A stretch of 64,000 nucleotides of DNA, taken from assembly GCF_009914755.1 (NCBI RefSeq), contig NC_060932.1; one strand, given 5' to 3'. Below the pieces are notes generated by a model. The model made no database searches, was not told where the DNA came from, and saw only the letters and a program-made list of their open reading frames with translations. A program made the translations under genes and the position numbers. Position 1 is the first letter of the stretch, and every line of letters starts with the position of its first letter. This DNA is from the human T2T-CHM13v2.0 reference genome, Homo sapiens. Below, piece after piece: positions 1 through 13,009 of this stretch.

Positions 1-290
<290 letters not shown>

Positions 291-426
291 AGAAATTCCA
301 TGTAACTGATTTAATACAGTTAGATGGGCATATTTAAACTCAGGTGTTCAAAGAAAAGAAATCAAAAACCAAAACTGAAAATTAAGTTTGGAAGGTGACA
401 TTTTTATATTTCACACATTGCCTTAC

Positions 427-512
427 CAGCTTCAGCAGCTGAGACAAGGTATTCTGTTGCCTCTAAACGTTCAGCTCTTCCTTCTGTTTTATATGACTTG
501 ATGGCATTGTAA
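427..512 (-). CDS. SLC25A32: SLC25A32 coding exon 3 (86 nt); gene continues beyond the left edge
   Basis: Acceptor ttttag|, donor G|gtaagg. Translates (F)[28 protein letters not shown](G) in frame with exon 2. Confidence 0.96.
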
Positions 513-1307
513 CTAAAAGAATTAAATGTGAGCAGTTTAATTTGAATAGGTGTCATTAAGTCTGTTTTAAAGTGTATGTAAGTCAACAGCAGTACCCCAA
601 AAGCACAAGTCAATGCATAATGCAACCACAAAATGAGACCTTTTTCAAGAATGAATTTGCTGGAAGTGGTTTGCTGCAAGATTATACCACCCCTCCCTCT
701 CAAATGAATACGGCTAGCAATACAAATGTAAAATATTTTAATCAGACACTCATCAATTAACTTCAAAAGACAGGGAAACTGGGAGGAGGGGAGAGTACAG
801 TAGTGGTACACAGACTGGCCATAAAAGACAAAAGGGACCAAAGAAGGGGTACCTAACAAATATATACTGAGCACCTACGTTCAGGTACTATAGTTAGCTT
901 TCTAATAGATGATAAAAAGATAAACAAGTGATGAATTTTTCTTAACAAATTAATAAGGACTATTAAGTGGCACACAAATAAATCATAATAAAAGACAACA
1001 CAGACAATAGAAGAAATTCAGGAATTATGACTGAGATCACAGAAGGCTTTGTGTAGGAGGTAGTATTGAGCTGGGTATTGAGACAGGCACAGTTTCAACA
1101 AGGAAAAAGATGAGCATGGTGAAAAGTAATAAGGGTGGGTGGGAAGACAGGGAAAATTGGCCACACTTGAGTGGTAGATTGAGATTTGCATTTTATTTGG
1201 TAGAAAATATCCATTAAATGTTTCAGAGTAAGGGAGTCAAATCAGCCTATTTCCTTTAATGCCGATTTCTACTTTTCTCTTGGATGACGATGTCAAGTGA
1301 ACACATT

Positions 1308-1619
1308 CTTTCTTTTTTTTTTTATTTCAGAGACAGAGTCTCACTCTATCACCCAGGCTGGAGTGCAGTGACACAATCATAGCTCACTGTAACCTTGAAT
1401 TTCTAGGCTCAAGCAATCCTCCTGCCTCAGCCTCCTAATTAGCTAAGACTACAGGCATGCAGCATCATGATGCCAGACTAATTCTTTTTTAAATTTTTTG
1501 AAGAGATGGAGGTCTCACTATGTTGCCCAGGCTGGTCCTGAACTCCCAGACTCATGTGATCCTCCCACCTTGGCCTCCTAAAGTGCTGGGATTACAGGTG
1601 TGAGCCACTGCACCTGGCC
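1308..1619 (-). mobile_element. Alu (AluJ-like)
   Basis: T tail followed by a diverged antisense Alu dimer. Confidence 0.92.
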
Positions 1620-1700
1620 CAAGAAATTCTTATCACAAAAATTTTATATGGCTTGTCCTTAGAAGCTGTCTTGAAGAATCTATACAACTCAAATTCATGA

Positions 1701-1734
<34 letters not shown>

Positions 1735-1838
1735 CACACACATATACATAAACATATCTATATATACATATATACATACATTCTATACACACATATATAT
1801 GTCAAGGGGGGTGTGTGTGTATATAGTTTCACACACAC
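1701..1838. repeat. Compound (TG)n(TA)n(CA)n microsatellite
   Basis: (TG)9(TA)8(CA)4 followed by degenerate TA/CA repeats. Confidence 0.95.
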
Positions 1839-3284
1839 CTCTCTAAAGAGAAGAAAAAGAGAAAAAATATTTAAACAATTTTAAGGCTGAATTTTATTTT
1901 GCTTTCACTTAAAAGATACTTTAAGATTGGTTTGGATACTGCCATAAACTTATGGGAGATCAAGCAAAATATATGACACAAAGAAGACAAAGGCAAATAC
2001 ACTAGATACTGATGTTTTCCTAAAAATGAAATCTGTTGAAGCAAAGAAAAGCTTCCTTATTCATGGTTTCAGTTTCACAGATCAGAGGCGTGCTCAGAGC
2101 AGCACATGCTCCTGCAATACAGTGCGATGATGGTTTGTGTCCATGTTCTTGTTCACTAAATAAGCTGAATGTGCCTGCCACAGGAACTTTCTATGGCTTC
2201 TTCAGGAGGCAGGTGAGAGCAGTTATTTTAAATGGTGATGATATCTGACTGGTGAAGGAGTAAGGAAAGCAATGAGCTGGGAAGATGATGGGGCAGGTCA
2301 AACAAGAAGAAACAATTTGCCTCAAACCCTTTAGGCCATGCACTGGCTTTTGCTTTCTGTTCCCAACAGCGATTTCCTGTGGTACCTATTCATATGAGGA
2401 CCCTAAGGTCTATCCTCTCTGTTTTTCCACCTTCATCATAAACAAATGTATTTTTGTAAGCCATCTCAAATATCTTGGGAATCTGGTTGAGGATAAACAA
2501 GTAATTAATGATACTTCAGTATTTATAAAATTTTCTATTTGGGACACTCCGGAACTAATCTCTGATAAACGGAAAAAATAACTTAGTTATTTAAACAATC
2601 TTTCTTTATCAAAATTGAATACCAAAGAGAGCTGAAATCCACAGGATTCATTTTGGACAACAGCTGCAGGCTCTTCCAGTCTCTACATCACTTTCCAAAA
2701 TCACTAATAAATAACAAACCGACTGATTCAACTTTTTCTAATCTAGTAATATTTTGACTCTAATTAGAAATGCTCACAAGTATGTATTGATATGGCCAAA
2801 ACACCTAATAAAACACCGATGGGGCCCTACAATTTCATTGTGAATTATCTGGAGTTGGCTGTTTCTCAAATGGCTTTAACTAAAATAAAAAGCTCTCTTT
2901 AATATGTATTTAGCTTACAAAAGTAATCAGTTATACATTTCATCTTCCTGAATTCACCTCACAGAAATGGCTTCTCTAAAAGTATCATTCCACCTCATCT
3001 CTTTGCCTTTTTCCTATTAAGAATTTTCTTCCAGACCAAATAATGCCTCTGATAATAGCTAATAAGCCATTAGCTATTAATAGGCATCTGATAATCAAAC
3101 TAATAAGCCATTTTGAATCAAACTAATCAAATAACTAATCAGCCATTTTGTTCTTCCTGATCCTTCCAATTCAGAGAAACTGATTAAATGACTCAACTTA
3201 TCATTTTACATTTACATGTAAAAATCACCGAAAACAAAAATTCCTTTTTAATTTAATACTGTAAAATCTCCCAAATCTACTCAC

Positions 3285-3435
3285 AAGAAAAAGTAGAGTC
3301 CCCAGGATAAACCTGCACCCCATATATTTGGGGTTACTCCTTGATAAAGTCCCCGTAGTCCATCAAGTTTCCAAATGGTAGTCAAGCAATGTAAAATTCC
3401 ATTATATTTCGGTCTCAGTTCCAATCCATCACTCA
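3285..3435 (-). CDS. SLC25A32: SLC25A32 coding exon 2 (151 nt)
   Basis: Acceptor tgcag|, donor |gtgagt, phase-compatible with exon 1. Translates (V)[49 protein letters not shown], with the carrier motif DGLRGLYQG. Confidence 0.97.
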
Positions 3436-3496
3436 CTGCATCAAGGGATACACAAAGTCAGGTAAGAACAAAGTTCTAGCTCTGTATCACATATAA

Positions 3497-3944
<448 letters not shown>

Positions 3945-5910
3945 TAATATTTTAAAACTACTACATTCATGAATTTATTCAAGTGTTTATTGAGGGCATA
4001 CTAAGCACTCAAATAATATTTAAGGAAATATTAGATTAGCTCTTAATCCAAAAGTCTCTTAGGTAACTAGGTTTCAACACTTAGGTTTTGTTTTTGCTCC
4101 AAGGTTAAGGATTTGAATGTTAAAAAATATTACTCAAAAAATAAACTAGCTAGGAGCCTCAATTTATATGGAATGCTATCAAGACTGAGGAGTGGCAGGA
4201 AAGAAAATGCAGAGGATGGGGTAAACTTTTTTTCCTGGAAATTCTTTCTATCCTCCCCACCAACATATGTCAAAATCCAAGTAGAAAGTAGAAAAGCATT
4301 TCACTTGAACATATCCAAAATTGAACTAGTTTTCCCCATCCCTTCTGAAGCTGCTCTTACTAGAGTGTTCCATATAACTCAACAAACGCCATCATCATCT
4401 GCATAGATGCCCACACCAGATACCTGGGGACTATCCATGAACCCTCCTCCTTCCCATCCCTTTTTATCAAATAACAAGTCCTTTTGATTCCACATCACAA
4501 ATTTCTCTTGCACCTGTCTATGTCTCAGTTCACACTGCCATCATCCTACTTTGAGATACCATCAGTTTTCAACTAGTATCATCAGCATTTAAAGTAGTCT
4601 TCTTGCTAATTTTGTAAAAAATATAATCTAGATTATAAATCTGGCACTTTTCATTTCATCTCTCTGTAGGAAACAGAAAGCACATTCAAAATAGGGTAAC
4701 TCTAGGGCATGAGGGGTAGTTAAAAGGACTAATTACAAAGGTGTGAGCAGATTATAGAAAACCACAAGGAATAATACAGTATCAATTATTTACTGCTTTG
4801 AAAAATCACTTAATTCTATAAGTAGAGTATTAAGTATCTCAGTAATCGGCAACGGCATTCTACATTATGCATACCATTCTACATTATACTACAGGATATC
4901 CAAACTTGTAATTTTACTATATATAATTTTGTATACAGCTTTGTTTTCCACTCAAGATTATTTGTGAGCACTCCCCCTTGTTATTCAACAGATTCCCCCA
5001 AATAAGATTTTAACATATGACATTATGGTTTTCCATCTTATAGATATCCCATGATTTACACAGTCATTTCTCCACCTGACCTATGAATTCTTTTTTTTTT
5101 TGGCTATTATAAAAAGTCCTCTAAACAACATTCCGTACAACAGTCTGCATGAATGCTTATTACTGCCTTAGAATTAGTTATTAGAAAGGGAACTGATATG
5201 GGTCAATGGGTATAAACTTAAGTTACAAATACGTATTGAACCTGCCTTCCAGAAAGTTTATACAAATTACACTCCACTAGCCATACCAGCATCCCTGGTT
5301 CACTGTCCCCTTGCCACTACCTCACTGTGTATAATCCAGCCTGGCAAAGAAGGATCACTATTTACCATTGCCAGGAAAAGGGGGAAAAGTCAATTTCTTT
5401 CATCATTAACCTGCCAACGTTACAGCATGAAGGGAGATTAAAGTACATCAGGTTTTGTCAGAAGACCTGGGTTTGATACGTAACCTCCCTAATTCGCTAC
5501 ATGGTCTTACCCTTTCTGAGCTTCAGCATCCTCACTTATAAAATGGGGATAAATCATGTACCTCACCGGGTTTTTTGAGGTTTATATAAGACAACAAGTT
5601 TAAAGGCAGGCAGCAGAATGACAGGCTCTTGAGAAAGGTTTTCCTGCATAGTTTATAAACTTTCTGATGCTTCCCCTGGATTCTGTGTGTCTCATTCTTC
5701 TGTATAGATCCCTTTTTCTAAGAACTTTCCATTTTCCTCTCAATAATAAACTCACAATACCATTTCTCTCTTGAGGTAAAAAGCAAAACCAACCATAAAA
5801 ACACTACCTGTTCTTTTCATAGGTATAAACCAATGCTGAACTATAATCTCCCTAACATAAAATTAAAATTGTTATATCGATAAAATACAGTAAATTTTTT
5901 TGGTCTAAAT

Positions 5911-6287
5911 CAGGGGTCCCCAACTCCGGGTACCAATCCATGGCCTGTTAGGAATTGGGTCACACAGCAGCAGGTGACCTAGGTGGGCGGAGTGCGAGCG
6001 AAGCTTCATCTGTACTTACAGCTGCTCCCCATTGCTTGCATTACTGCCTGAACTCTGCCTCCTGTCCGATCAGTGGTGGCATTGGGTTCTTACAGAATCT
6101 CGAACCCTATTGTGAACTGCACATGCAAGGGATCTAGGCTGCACACTCCTTATGAGAATTTATTGCCTGATGATCTGAGGTGAAACAGTTTCATCCTGAA
6201 ATCATCCATACCTCCTCCACCCCCGTTCATGGAAAAACTGTCTTCCATGAAATCAGTCCCTGGTGCCAAAAAGGTTGGGGACCACTG
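5911..6287 (+). mobile_element. MER1-family hAT-Charlie DNA transposon, full length
   Basis: Terminal inverted repeats (TIRs) CAGGGGTCCCCAAC / GTTGGGGACCACTG, degenerate 8-bp TSD gtctaaat/gcttaaat, internal match to the remembered MER1 consensus. Confidence 0.88.
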
Positions 6288-7609
6288 GCTTAAATGACCT
6301 CATGATCATTTTAAAAACATTTGCCACTAATGAATTAGTATGTAGATCTAAGTACCTATCAAATAACTTACAATGGCCTATCACAGCACTAAAAAAATGC
6401 CAATGGACACAAGCTGAAGATAAAAAGTTTGGTGTACAGAAAGGAGCCAAGACAGGACACTAATTTTAAATTCATTTTCAAAGAAAGACAATATAATGAC
6501 TTTAAAAAAATTATCATCTAGCACTATCACCCTTACACAACCTGTTTCATTTGCTGGATGTTAGTTTTACCCCTCCTTTCCTCTGTGACAAGTTTGTCTC
6601 TCTTAATAAAATTAATCTCCCCCCTACCTGTGCTCTATATTGGTGTTTTTAAAATTGCAGATGAATCAAGAAACCAATTGAACAGATTGCCAGTATCTTT
6701 TCTTTAAAACCAGACTAGAATTGAAAACAAATAAAAATGACATTACAAGTAGTTAAGGATAAGTAATGTTTCATGAAACTTGTGTTTCAGTAATGTTTGT
6801 GTGTGGATAGCAAAGGTAAAATTTATTTCCTACTAAGCGTTCTGGTCAAAAATGCTTGTTCTAGATCCTGCTTCTTCAGATAACCCACCTTAGTTAGATA
6901 CGTTACTCCTTATCCTCCTGCCTCCATTTCCCAATTTCTTCCTTGATTTCAGTTCTTTCCCATTAGTATTTAAATAGACTTAAGTCTCTCCTAAGTATTT
7001 CCTCTTTGATCTCAGTGCCCCCTTATCAGGTAAGTGTCTGCAATGAGAAAACCAGCCCCTCCCTGGCCCCCGAGACAATCTCAGCAGGGACTCTCTCACC
7101 CCTGCTGCAATCTGGTTTGAGCTTTACCAATTACTGCAAGCGCTCTAATTAAGAACCTTCAAAGGCACTTTGGAGTTCTCTCTTTCTTAGGAACCCCTTA
7201 ATACACCTGATATTGTGTAAATCCCTCTCTTCTGGCTCATTTAACACCACATTTTCTTGAATGTCCTCTTGCTTCTTTGCCAATAAATTTCCTTGGCCCC
7301 CTTTTCTCTGCCCATCCTTAAATGCTGATTTATAGGCACAATTTCCACCAAATAGGGGTGGTGTCTCAACCATTAAGTGGCTTCAACTGCCATCCCTGTG
7401 CTACTAGTCCTGGTCTCTTATTCCTAACATCCTGCCCTACTAAGGGTTGTGGTTCTACTGCCAGTTTCCATTTTCACATGGCATAAAAGATAATGTCAAT
7501 CTGGCAGCTTAACTTTCTGGAATCATTCTTTATTTCCATCTCTAGCATTTTAATTTACCCTTTAGCTATACCAAACTACCCACTCATGGTTTCAAACTAA
7601 CAGCATATG

Positions 7610-7825
7610 TTATGGAAACAGACTTTCTGAGCTTGAATCCCAGTTCTAGCAATTACTTTGCAACCCTGAGTAAGTCACTTGATTGCTCTGTGCCTGAGTT
7701 TTTCTGTAAGATAGGAAAAAATAATAGAACCTAACTCTAAAAATTATAAAGGATTAAATGAGTTAGTACATATAAAGCTCTTAGAATTATGCCTGACATA
7801 TTGCAAGCACTCTATAAGTACTAGT
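7610..7825 (+). mobile_element. MIR SINE
   Basis: MIR core ttgaatcccagttct...aagtcactt...ctctgtgcctgagttt...ggattaaatgag. Confidence 0.75.
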
Positions 7826-9024
7826 TTATTTATGCTACTGGGTCTTGCGATACCACATACTTACACAACTTTACTCGGCACTACTGTTACTGAATTTTAC
7901 GTTTTGGTTCCTTAATATTTTGGATGTAGTCATAGTCTCTACATTCTTCACAAAAGCTCACACACAACTTTAACTTGCAGATTAGGCTTTTGGGTATTTG
8001 AGAAAATTACTATTTTTACATCTCATTCTTTGTTGGGGCTCTCTCATCATTCTTGAGGGTTTAAAATTACAGAGTAAAGTTAGAAGGGGCCTGAATAATC
8101 ATCCAATCCAATCTTTCCACCTAATACAAGAATATCTTCTAACTTCTGTCATCCAACTACTATCTGAACCACTTCTGATCATCATCAATTTCATTTCTGA
8201 GCACTGCCACATTGCCAAACCAAAATCTGCTTCCTTGTAATTTCCACTCAACCTGTGTCTGACCTTAGGATCAACCCACAATAAGGCAGCCCCCTTTCCC
8301 ACATGTAAGTTCTCTAAATATCTTGAGGTTTTTTTCTCTCCCGAGCTAAACTAGTTCCTCCAGTCATTTTTCATATGAAGTAATTTCTAATCTTTCTACC
8401 ACTCTGGACACCTCTGAGTTCCAATTTATACTTGAACTCACAGAAAAATTCCAGGTTTGGTTTAATAGCACATGCATTCAGAATTAACCCCCACACCCTG
8501 TCATCATTAGATTTTAACTTTATTAAATGAGTTTAATTACATGGAAGCATAAAAATTATAGTATGTTACTCAGCACTGATGTTGATAATCAATAAATTTT
8601 TATTTCGTTATTCATCTTCTTAAGTTTTCCTCCTATCACCATTTCACAGCTACACTGTGAGCTTTATTATTACAAAGTCCTGCTTCCACTCCTGGATCTT
8701 TAATTTAGGCCTCCAATCCAAACTCAGTCCTTTTATCTGTCACCTCAGCCCCACTAGTCTCCTAATACTCTTCCCAATTCATCAAGACTATTAATCTTCT
8801 CAGGTACCAAGAATTCCCTTTCCTCAGGAATGATATGCTTCAAAGCACTGTCTAAACTCATCAGGCCAACCACACTATTCTTCAATGATCACCTCGACTA
8901 TCACCTCTTCTGCTCCTAGATAAAATGCTACTGAAGACAGACAGCAAGTCATACAGGCCTGCACCTGCAGGCAAGTCTAAAATTCTTCCAATGTTCAAAC
9001 CATTGTATAACAGGTACTTATAGA

Positions 9025-9265
9025 GGTAATATGGTGAGGGGTTAAGTGCCAGAGGGTTCCAGAGTTAGATTACCTGGGTTTAAATCCCAGATCCATCTTT
9101 ACAAACTTGTGACTTGGGCAAGTTAGTCAACTTCTGTTATCCTCATCTGTATAGCAGATATCATAAACTCACAGGATTGTTCCTGTGAATAGATTTACAG
9201 GATAATAAATGAGATAATGCATCTAAAGCATAGTTCACTGCCTTGCTCCTAGTAAATACTCGATA
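9025..9265 (+). mobile_element. MIR SINE
   Basis: cctgggtttaaatcccag...tgtgacttgggcaagtta...cctcatctgta...aaatgagataatgca. Confidence 0.75.
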
Positions 9266-10432
9266 AAGATTACTTGTCAATAACATAATTATTTGTGCAT
9301 GCATCATAAAACTTCATGACATTATATGTCTTTGTGGTGTTTTTTCTAGAGATAATACTCCATAATTTTCGATGATTTTCCTTCATAGAACGGGTTCTTG
9401 CTTCCTCTCCAGCTGTCAAAATATTAGCCCTTCTATGGGAAACCCCAAGCCCCAATCTTCCACTGAAACTTAAAGATACACATGGCCATCAGTAATGTAG
9501 AATTTTTTTAACGGTTTACCTGTATTTATATTTTGTTTTTGTATTTCTTGATTTTATGTTGTCTAGAATTACCTTTTATATGACTAAGTCTAACGCCTAC
9601 AATTAAATTCTAAGTTCCCTGAAGGCAAGAACTTTATTAGATACTTCTGTAGCCCATACAGCAGTCTGCAAATATTAAGAGAATATAAATCAAGTGAACT
9701 GAATTGCCTAATGCTAAAATAAACAACTTCTGTAGATTTAATTCTCAAGGCTGAACTTAACTTGTAATAACTTTATTTGGAAACTATTTTCTGCAATTTC
9801 AGTTATCAAAGATCATCTTTGAAACTCTTTCCAGACTTTAGTGTTGAGTTTAACTTCTAAAATGCTTTGTTAATTTCAACATACTCAATTCATCTAATAC
9901 ACTTAAAATAGTATTTCGATTCTAGCTATTTTTTCACAGAAACTTGTACCATTCTACAAATGCCAAAAAACAAACATTCAAGAGAATTCTATTCTAAATC
10001 TACTCCCAACCATTCGCTGAAGATTACGCCCTATCCCAATACTAGTCGAGCTGCCAAACCACGTGGGTATGCTAAGATTTCAAAGTTCCTCCAAGAGTGA
10101 ATGATTTGCACGTGTGAGGACTAAACCTTAAAATGTGACAATCCCTTCTTTATTTTACAAATCAGGCTTTGAATCCCATCTTCTCTGCCAATGAGGATGT
10201 TTTTTCTCAGACTTCTCTACATACATGCCCCCTCTCTTAGTCTTGAGGAGCGGGGAAGATCGCAGGCCGACCCCTCCACCAAGCACCATTTCCTCAAATC
10301 TAGTTCAGGTTAGCCAACGCGGACAGCACCCCCCTTCAACGCTCCTCCTCCCCCTAGAACGGAAAAGACGGAGGAGATCCAGTTCGGGCTGACAGTGAGA
10401 GGATGCAGCCCGGTGTCTGGGCGGGCTCTTAC

Positions 10433-10586
10433 CGGCGAAGCGGATCTTCACGAGGTCGAGCGGATGCAGCGCAAGGTTGGATAAGACGCCGCCGCTCACG
10501 CCCGCTATCAGGTTCTCATACCGGACGTGGCGGAATACCGTGCTCCACGCCGACGACCCGGACGCCGACTGGCCCTGGCCCGTCAT
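10433..10586 (-). CDS. SLC25A32: SLC25A32 coding exon 1 (154 nt)
   Basis: ATG at 10586 gives [51 protein letters not shown], which contains the mitochondrial carrier signature Px[DE]xx[KR] (PLDLVKIR). Donor G|gtaaga. Confidence 0.97.
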
Positions 10587-10981
10587 AGGCTCGGGGCCCG
10601 TCGACACCACGGCGCCCAGGGCCGCGGAGGTGGGACGCGATGCAGTGGCCGCCACCGTGGCGACGGTCGCCCCTTGTGAGCGCAACCCCACCTCCGGGAC
10701 CAACGAGAGGACTCTTATGCCCAAGGCGCGTGAGCGAAGCCGGAGACTCTAGTACTGAGGGGGCAAGAACGGGGCACAGCCACTACGTCACGCCGGCGGA
10801 AAGCGCGATGGAGGGGAGGTCCCAGCCTCTCCCGAGTCTCCGCCCTGCCTCGCCCACAAATGCTCCAGCCCACGGACGCGGAAGCGACTGCACAGCTAAA
10901 GAACCGCCCCTTGCTAACGTTTGCCGGCAAAACTACGGAGCGGCGCAGGATCCAGTTGAGCTAGCAGGCCGCCGCTCCGCG

Positions 10982-10993
10982 AGTCACGTGACT
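10982..10993. promoter_or_regulatory. Palindromic E-box AGTCACGTGACT (USF/MiT-TFE type)
   Basis: Perfect 12-bp palindrome containing GTCACGTGAC, about 100 bp upstream of the DCAF13 ATG. Confidence 0.7.
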
Positions 10994-11095
10994 GGAAGCA
11001 GTCTGGGAAAAGCGGAAGTCGCCTGTGGGAGGAGGTGGCGGTGGGCGGAACTCCTAGCGGACACCTCGTGGAGTCCGGCCGGAAGAGCAACCGAG

Positions 11096-11165
11096 ATGAA
11101 GGTGAAGATGCTGAGCCGGAATCCGGACAATTATGTCCGCGAAACCAAGTTGGACTTACAGAGAG
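11096..11165 (+). CDS. DCAF13: DCAF13 coding exon 1 (70 nt)
   Basis: MKVKMLSRNPDNYVRETKLDLQR is the Sof1-family N-terminus. Donor G|gtaaga. Confidence 0.97.
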
Positions 11166-12149
11166 GTAAGATAAGTTGGTAGGGAGAAAGGGACGGTTTC
11201 CGCAAGTCGTTGGGTCTAGCCTCGGCTTTCGCGGAGTAAAGCCGGGGGAGGCTGGCACTCTGGTCTGGTTCTTTCTCAGTTACCTTTCGCTAAGGCAAAC
11301 TTTGTGCTTACGGAGTCGCTGCGGAACTGGATGGATAGCAAGTAAAGTCTGTTCAAGTCCTTTTTCTAAGAATTTCCTCTAGTGGTGAGTGGGAAACAGT
11401 TGTCTATAGTGGAGAAAAATTCCAGCTGCTGCTCTGGGATTGTCTTCAGGTTCCTATTACTGAAAAGTGGACTTGAATGAGCCAAACTCGTGGGTTGAAG
11501 GGCTGAGAGTTAAACAGGCTTTTAAAACCTTCCTACTGCTCTTCTTGCCGCTTTACTACTTCACATTAGTTGTGGATGTTGGAAGAGACAAAGATGAATT
11601 TAAAAGCATCAGTTTTCTCTTACCATCCCTTAAGAAGTTTGATGAAAGAATGGTTAAATGAAATTAATTTATCCTTCCTGGTCTGTTCCCCCGTTAACAT
11701 GCTAACCACTTATAAATTGTACTTTGTGATACCTAAATGACAAGGGACCAACCATGCGTAAGCAGATTGTTCTAAATAAAGAGAATAACAGGAGCAAAGG
11801 TCTTCAGGCAGGAATGAACCTAAGGCATAGAAAGAAGGGCTGTGTCATTAGTTTGAATGAGGAGTAAGCGAGATGAGATGAGGCGAAAACAGTATTTCAC
11901 TATTTTGGTTGAGTAGGAGATATTATCAACATGTGTGTGAGCATTGCTAACAAGTCTCTGCTCAAAAGATGTTTACAGTTTGTCACAAGGCAGTAATGTT
12001 TCTAAAATATAAATTAGATTTGTCACTTGGATTTGGCATCGTTCCCAGTCCTTGAATCTCTGGTCCCACCTTCCTTGCCACTTTAGTCAGTCACTACGTT
12101 TCCCACAAGTGGTTTAGTATTCACCCTTGCAAATCTCAGTGCGTTTCAG

Positions 12150-12450
12150 TCATCTTTTTTAAGGCCTCCTGTGGCACACACCCTTACCCAGTTTAGCCGC
12201 TTTCTCTGGAAGACTTTCACCGAACAGTAATCTGTTCCTGCTTACCTCCTGCATGAGCCCCGCCCCCTTCAGCACCCGTCTTCTGTGATTCTATCACTTC
12301 TTCACAGTGTTTATCACATTGTCTCATGATTATTATTTTGGTTAATAGTCTTTCCCATCAGACTTAGCCTCCAAAAAGGGGAAGAATCATGTTCGTGTAT
12401 GCACTGTTAAGACAGCACCTAGCACATAGTTGCTTTAATAAATGTCAGTT
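12150..12450 (+). mobile_element. L2 3' end fragment
   Basis: cagcacctagcacatagttgctttaataaatgt resembles the L2 terminus. Confidence 0.55.
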
Positions 12451-13009
12451 TCTCCATCTATAAAGATTCATTTTTGCCTACATGAAGAGATTTAGAAACA
12501 AAATGATCTATCTTGTTGGGGTTTTTAAACTTCTGTTGAAATTATTAAAATGCTAATTTTAGTTGTAGGAACAGCTGCTGACATCAGAGTAGATAGAAAT
12601 TTTCTAGACTTCAAAAATAATCTTTGCAAAACTGATGGATGAGACTGAAAATTAAATATATTAAATAAACGTGGCCAATTATGGACATTATCATTTTGGG
12701 TATGCTTTCTTTGTGAAGTACAGGCATTCTGCACTTTGCACAGTACCATATTAACTGAACCAGTCCCACTCTTTAAGAGGTTTACAGTGATTGAAATCAC
12801 ATCTGTTAACCACGAAACTTTGCAAAGTGGGGAATTGATTCCAGTATGCAACCCGTCCCGTTAATACAGTACAGTGCGAAAGTGAGTACTGCTTGAATTT
12901 TTTTTATAATAGTAGCCATTAAAACCAAACATTGAATTAAGCTGAAATTAGAACCTTTAAATCTATCACAGTGTTGAATCAAGATTTTTCTTAAAAAAAA
13001 AAGATCTTT

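Larger units (their letters stand above)
10250..11330. promoter_or_regulatory. CpG island and bidirectional promoter shared by SLC25A32 and DCAF13
   Basis: Sharp rise in GC and CpG against AT-rich flanks. Divergent ATGs at 10586 (-) and 11096 (+). CGGAAG ETS cores near 10879, 11013 and 11080; GC boxes at 10904 and 11043; TACGTCA CRE-like site at 10784; no TATA box seen. Confidence 0.92.

Noticed and set aside
404-874. 156-aa minus-strand ORF
   Set aside because: Only 427-512 is SLC25A32 exon 3. The rest is open intronic frame with a non-ATG start.
2081-2212. Possible antisense exon or C/D snoRNA-like motif in SLC25A32 intron 2
   Set aside because: The box C match is imperfect, the spacing to CTGA is too short and there is no terminal stem. 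Splice-like signals alone are common by chance.
10587-10748. In-frame upstream extension of SLC25A32 (ORF track start 10724)
   Set aside because: The start is TTG, there is no upstream in-frame ATG, and a TAG closes the frame at 10749-10751. Nothing supports non-AUG initiation.
10403-11382. Other overlapping ORFs in the CpG island
   Set aside because: Expected from stop-codon depletion in GC-rich DNA; no recognisable domains.
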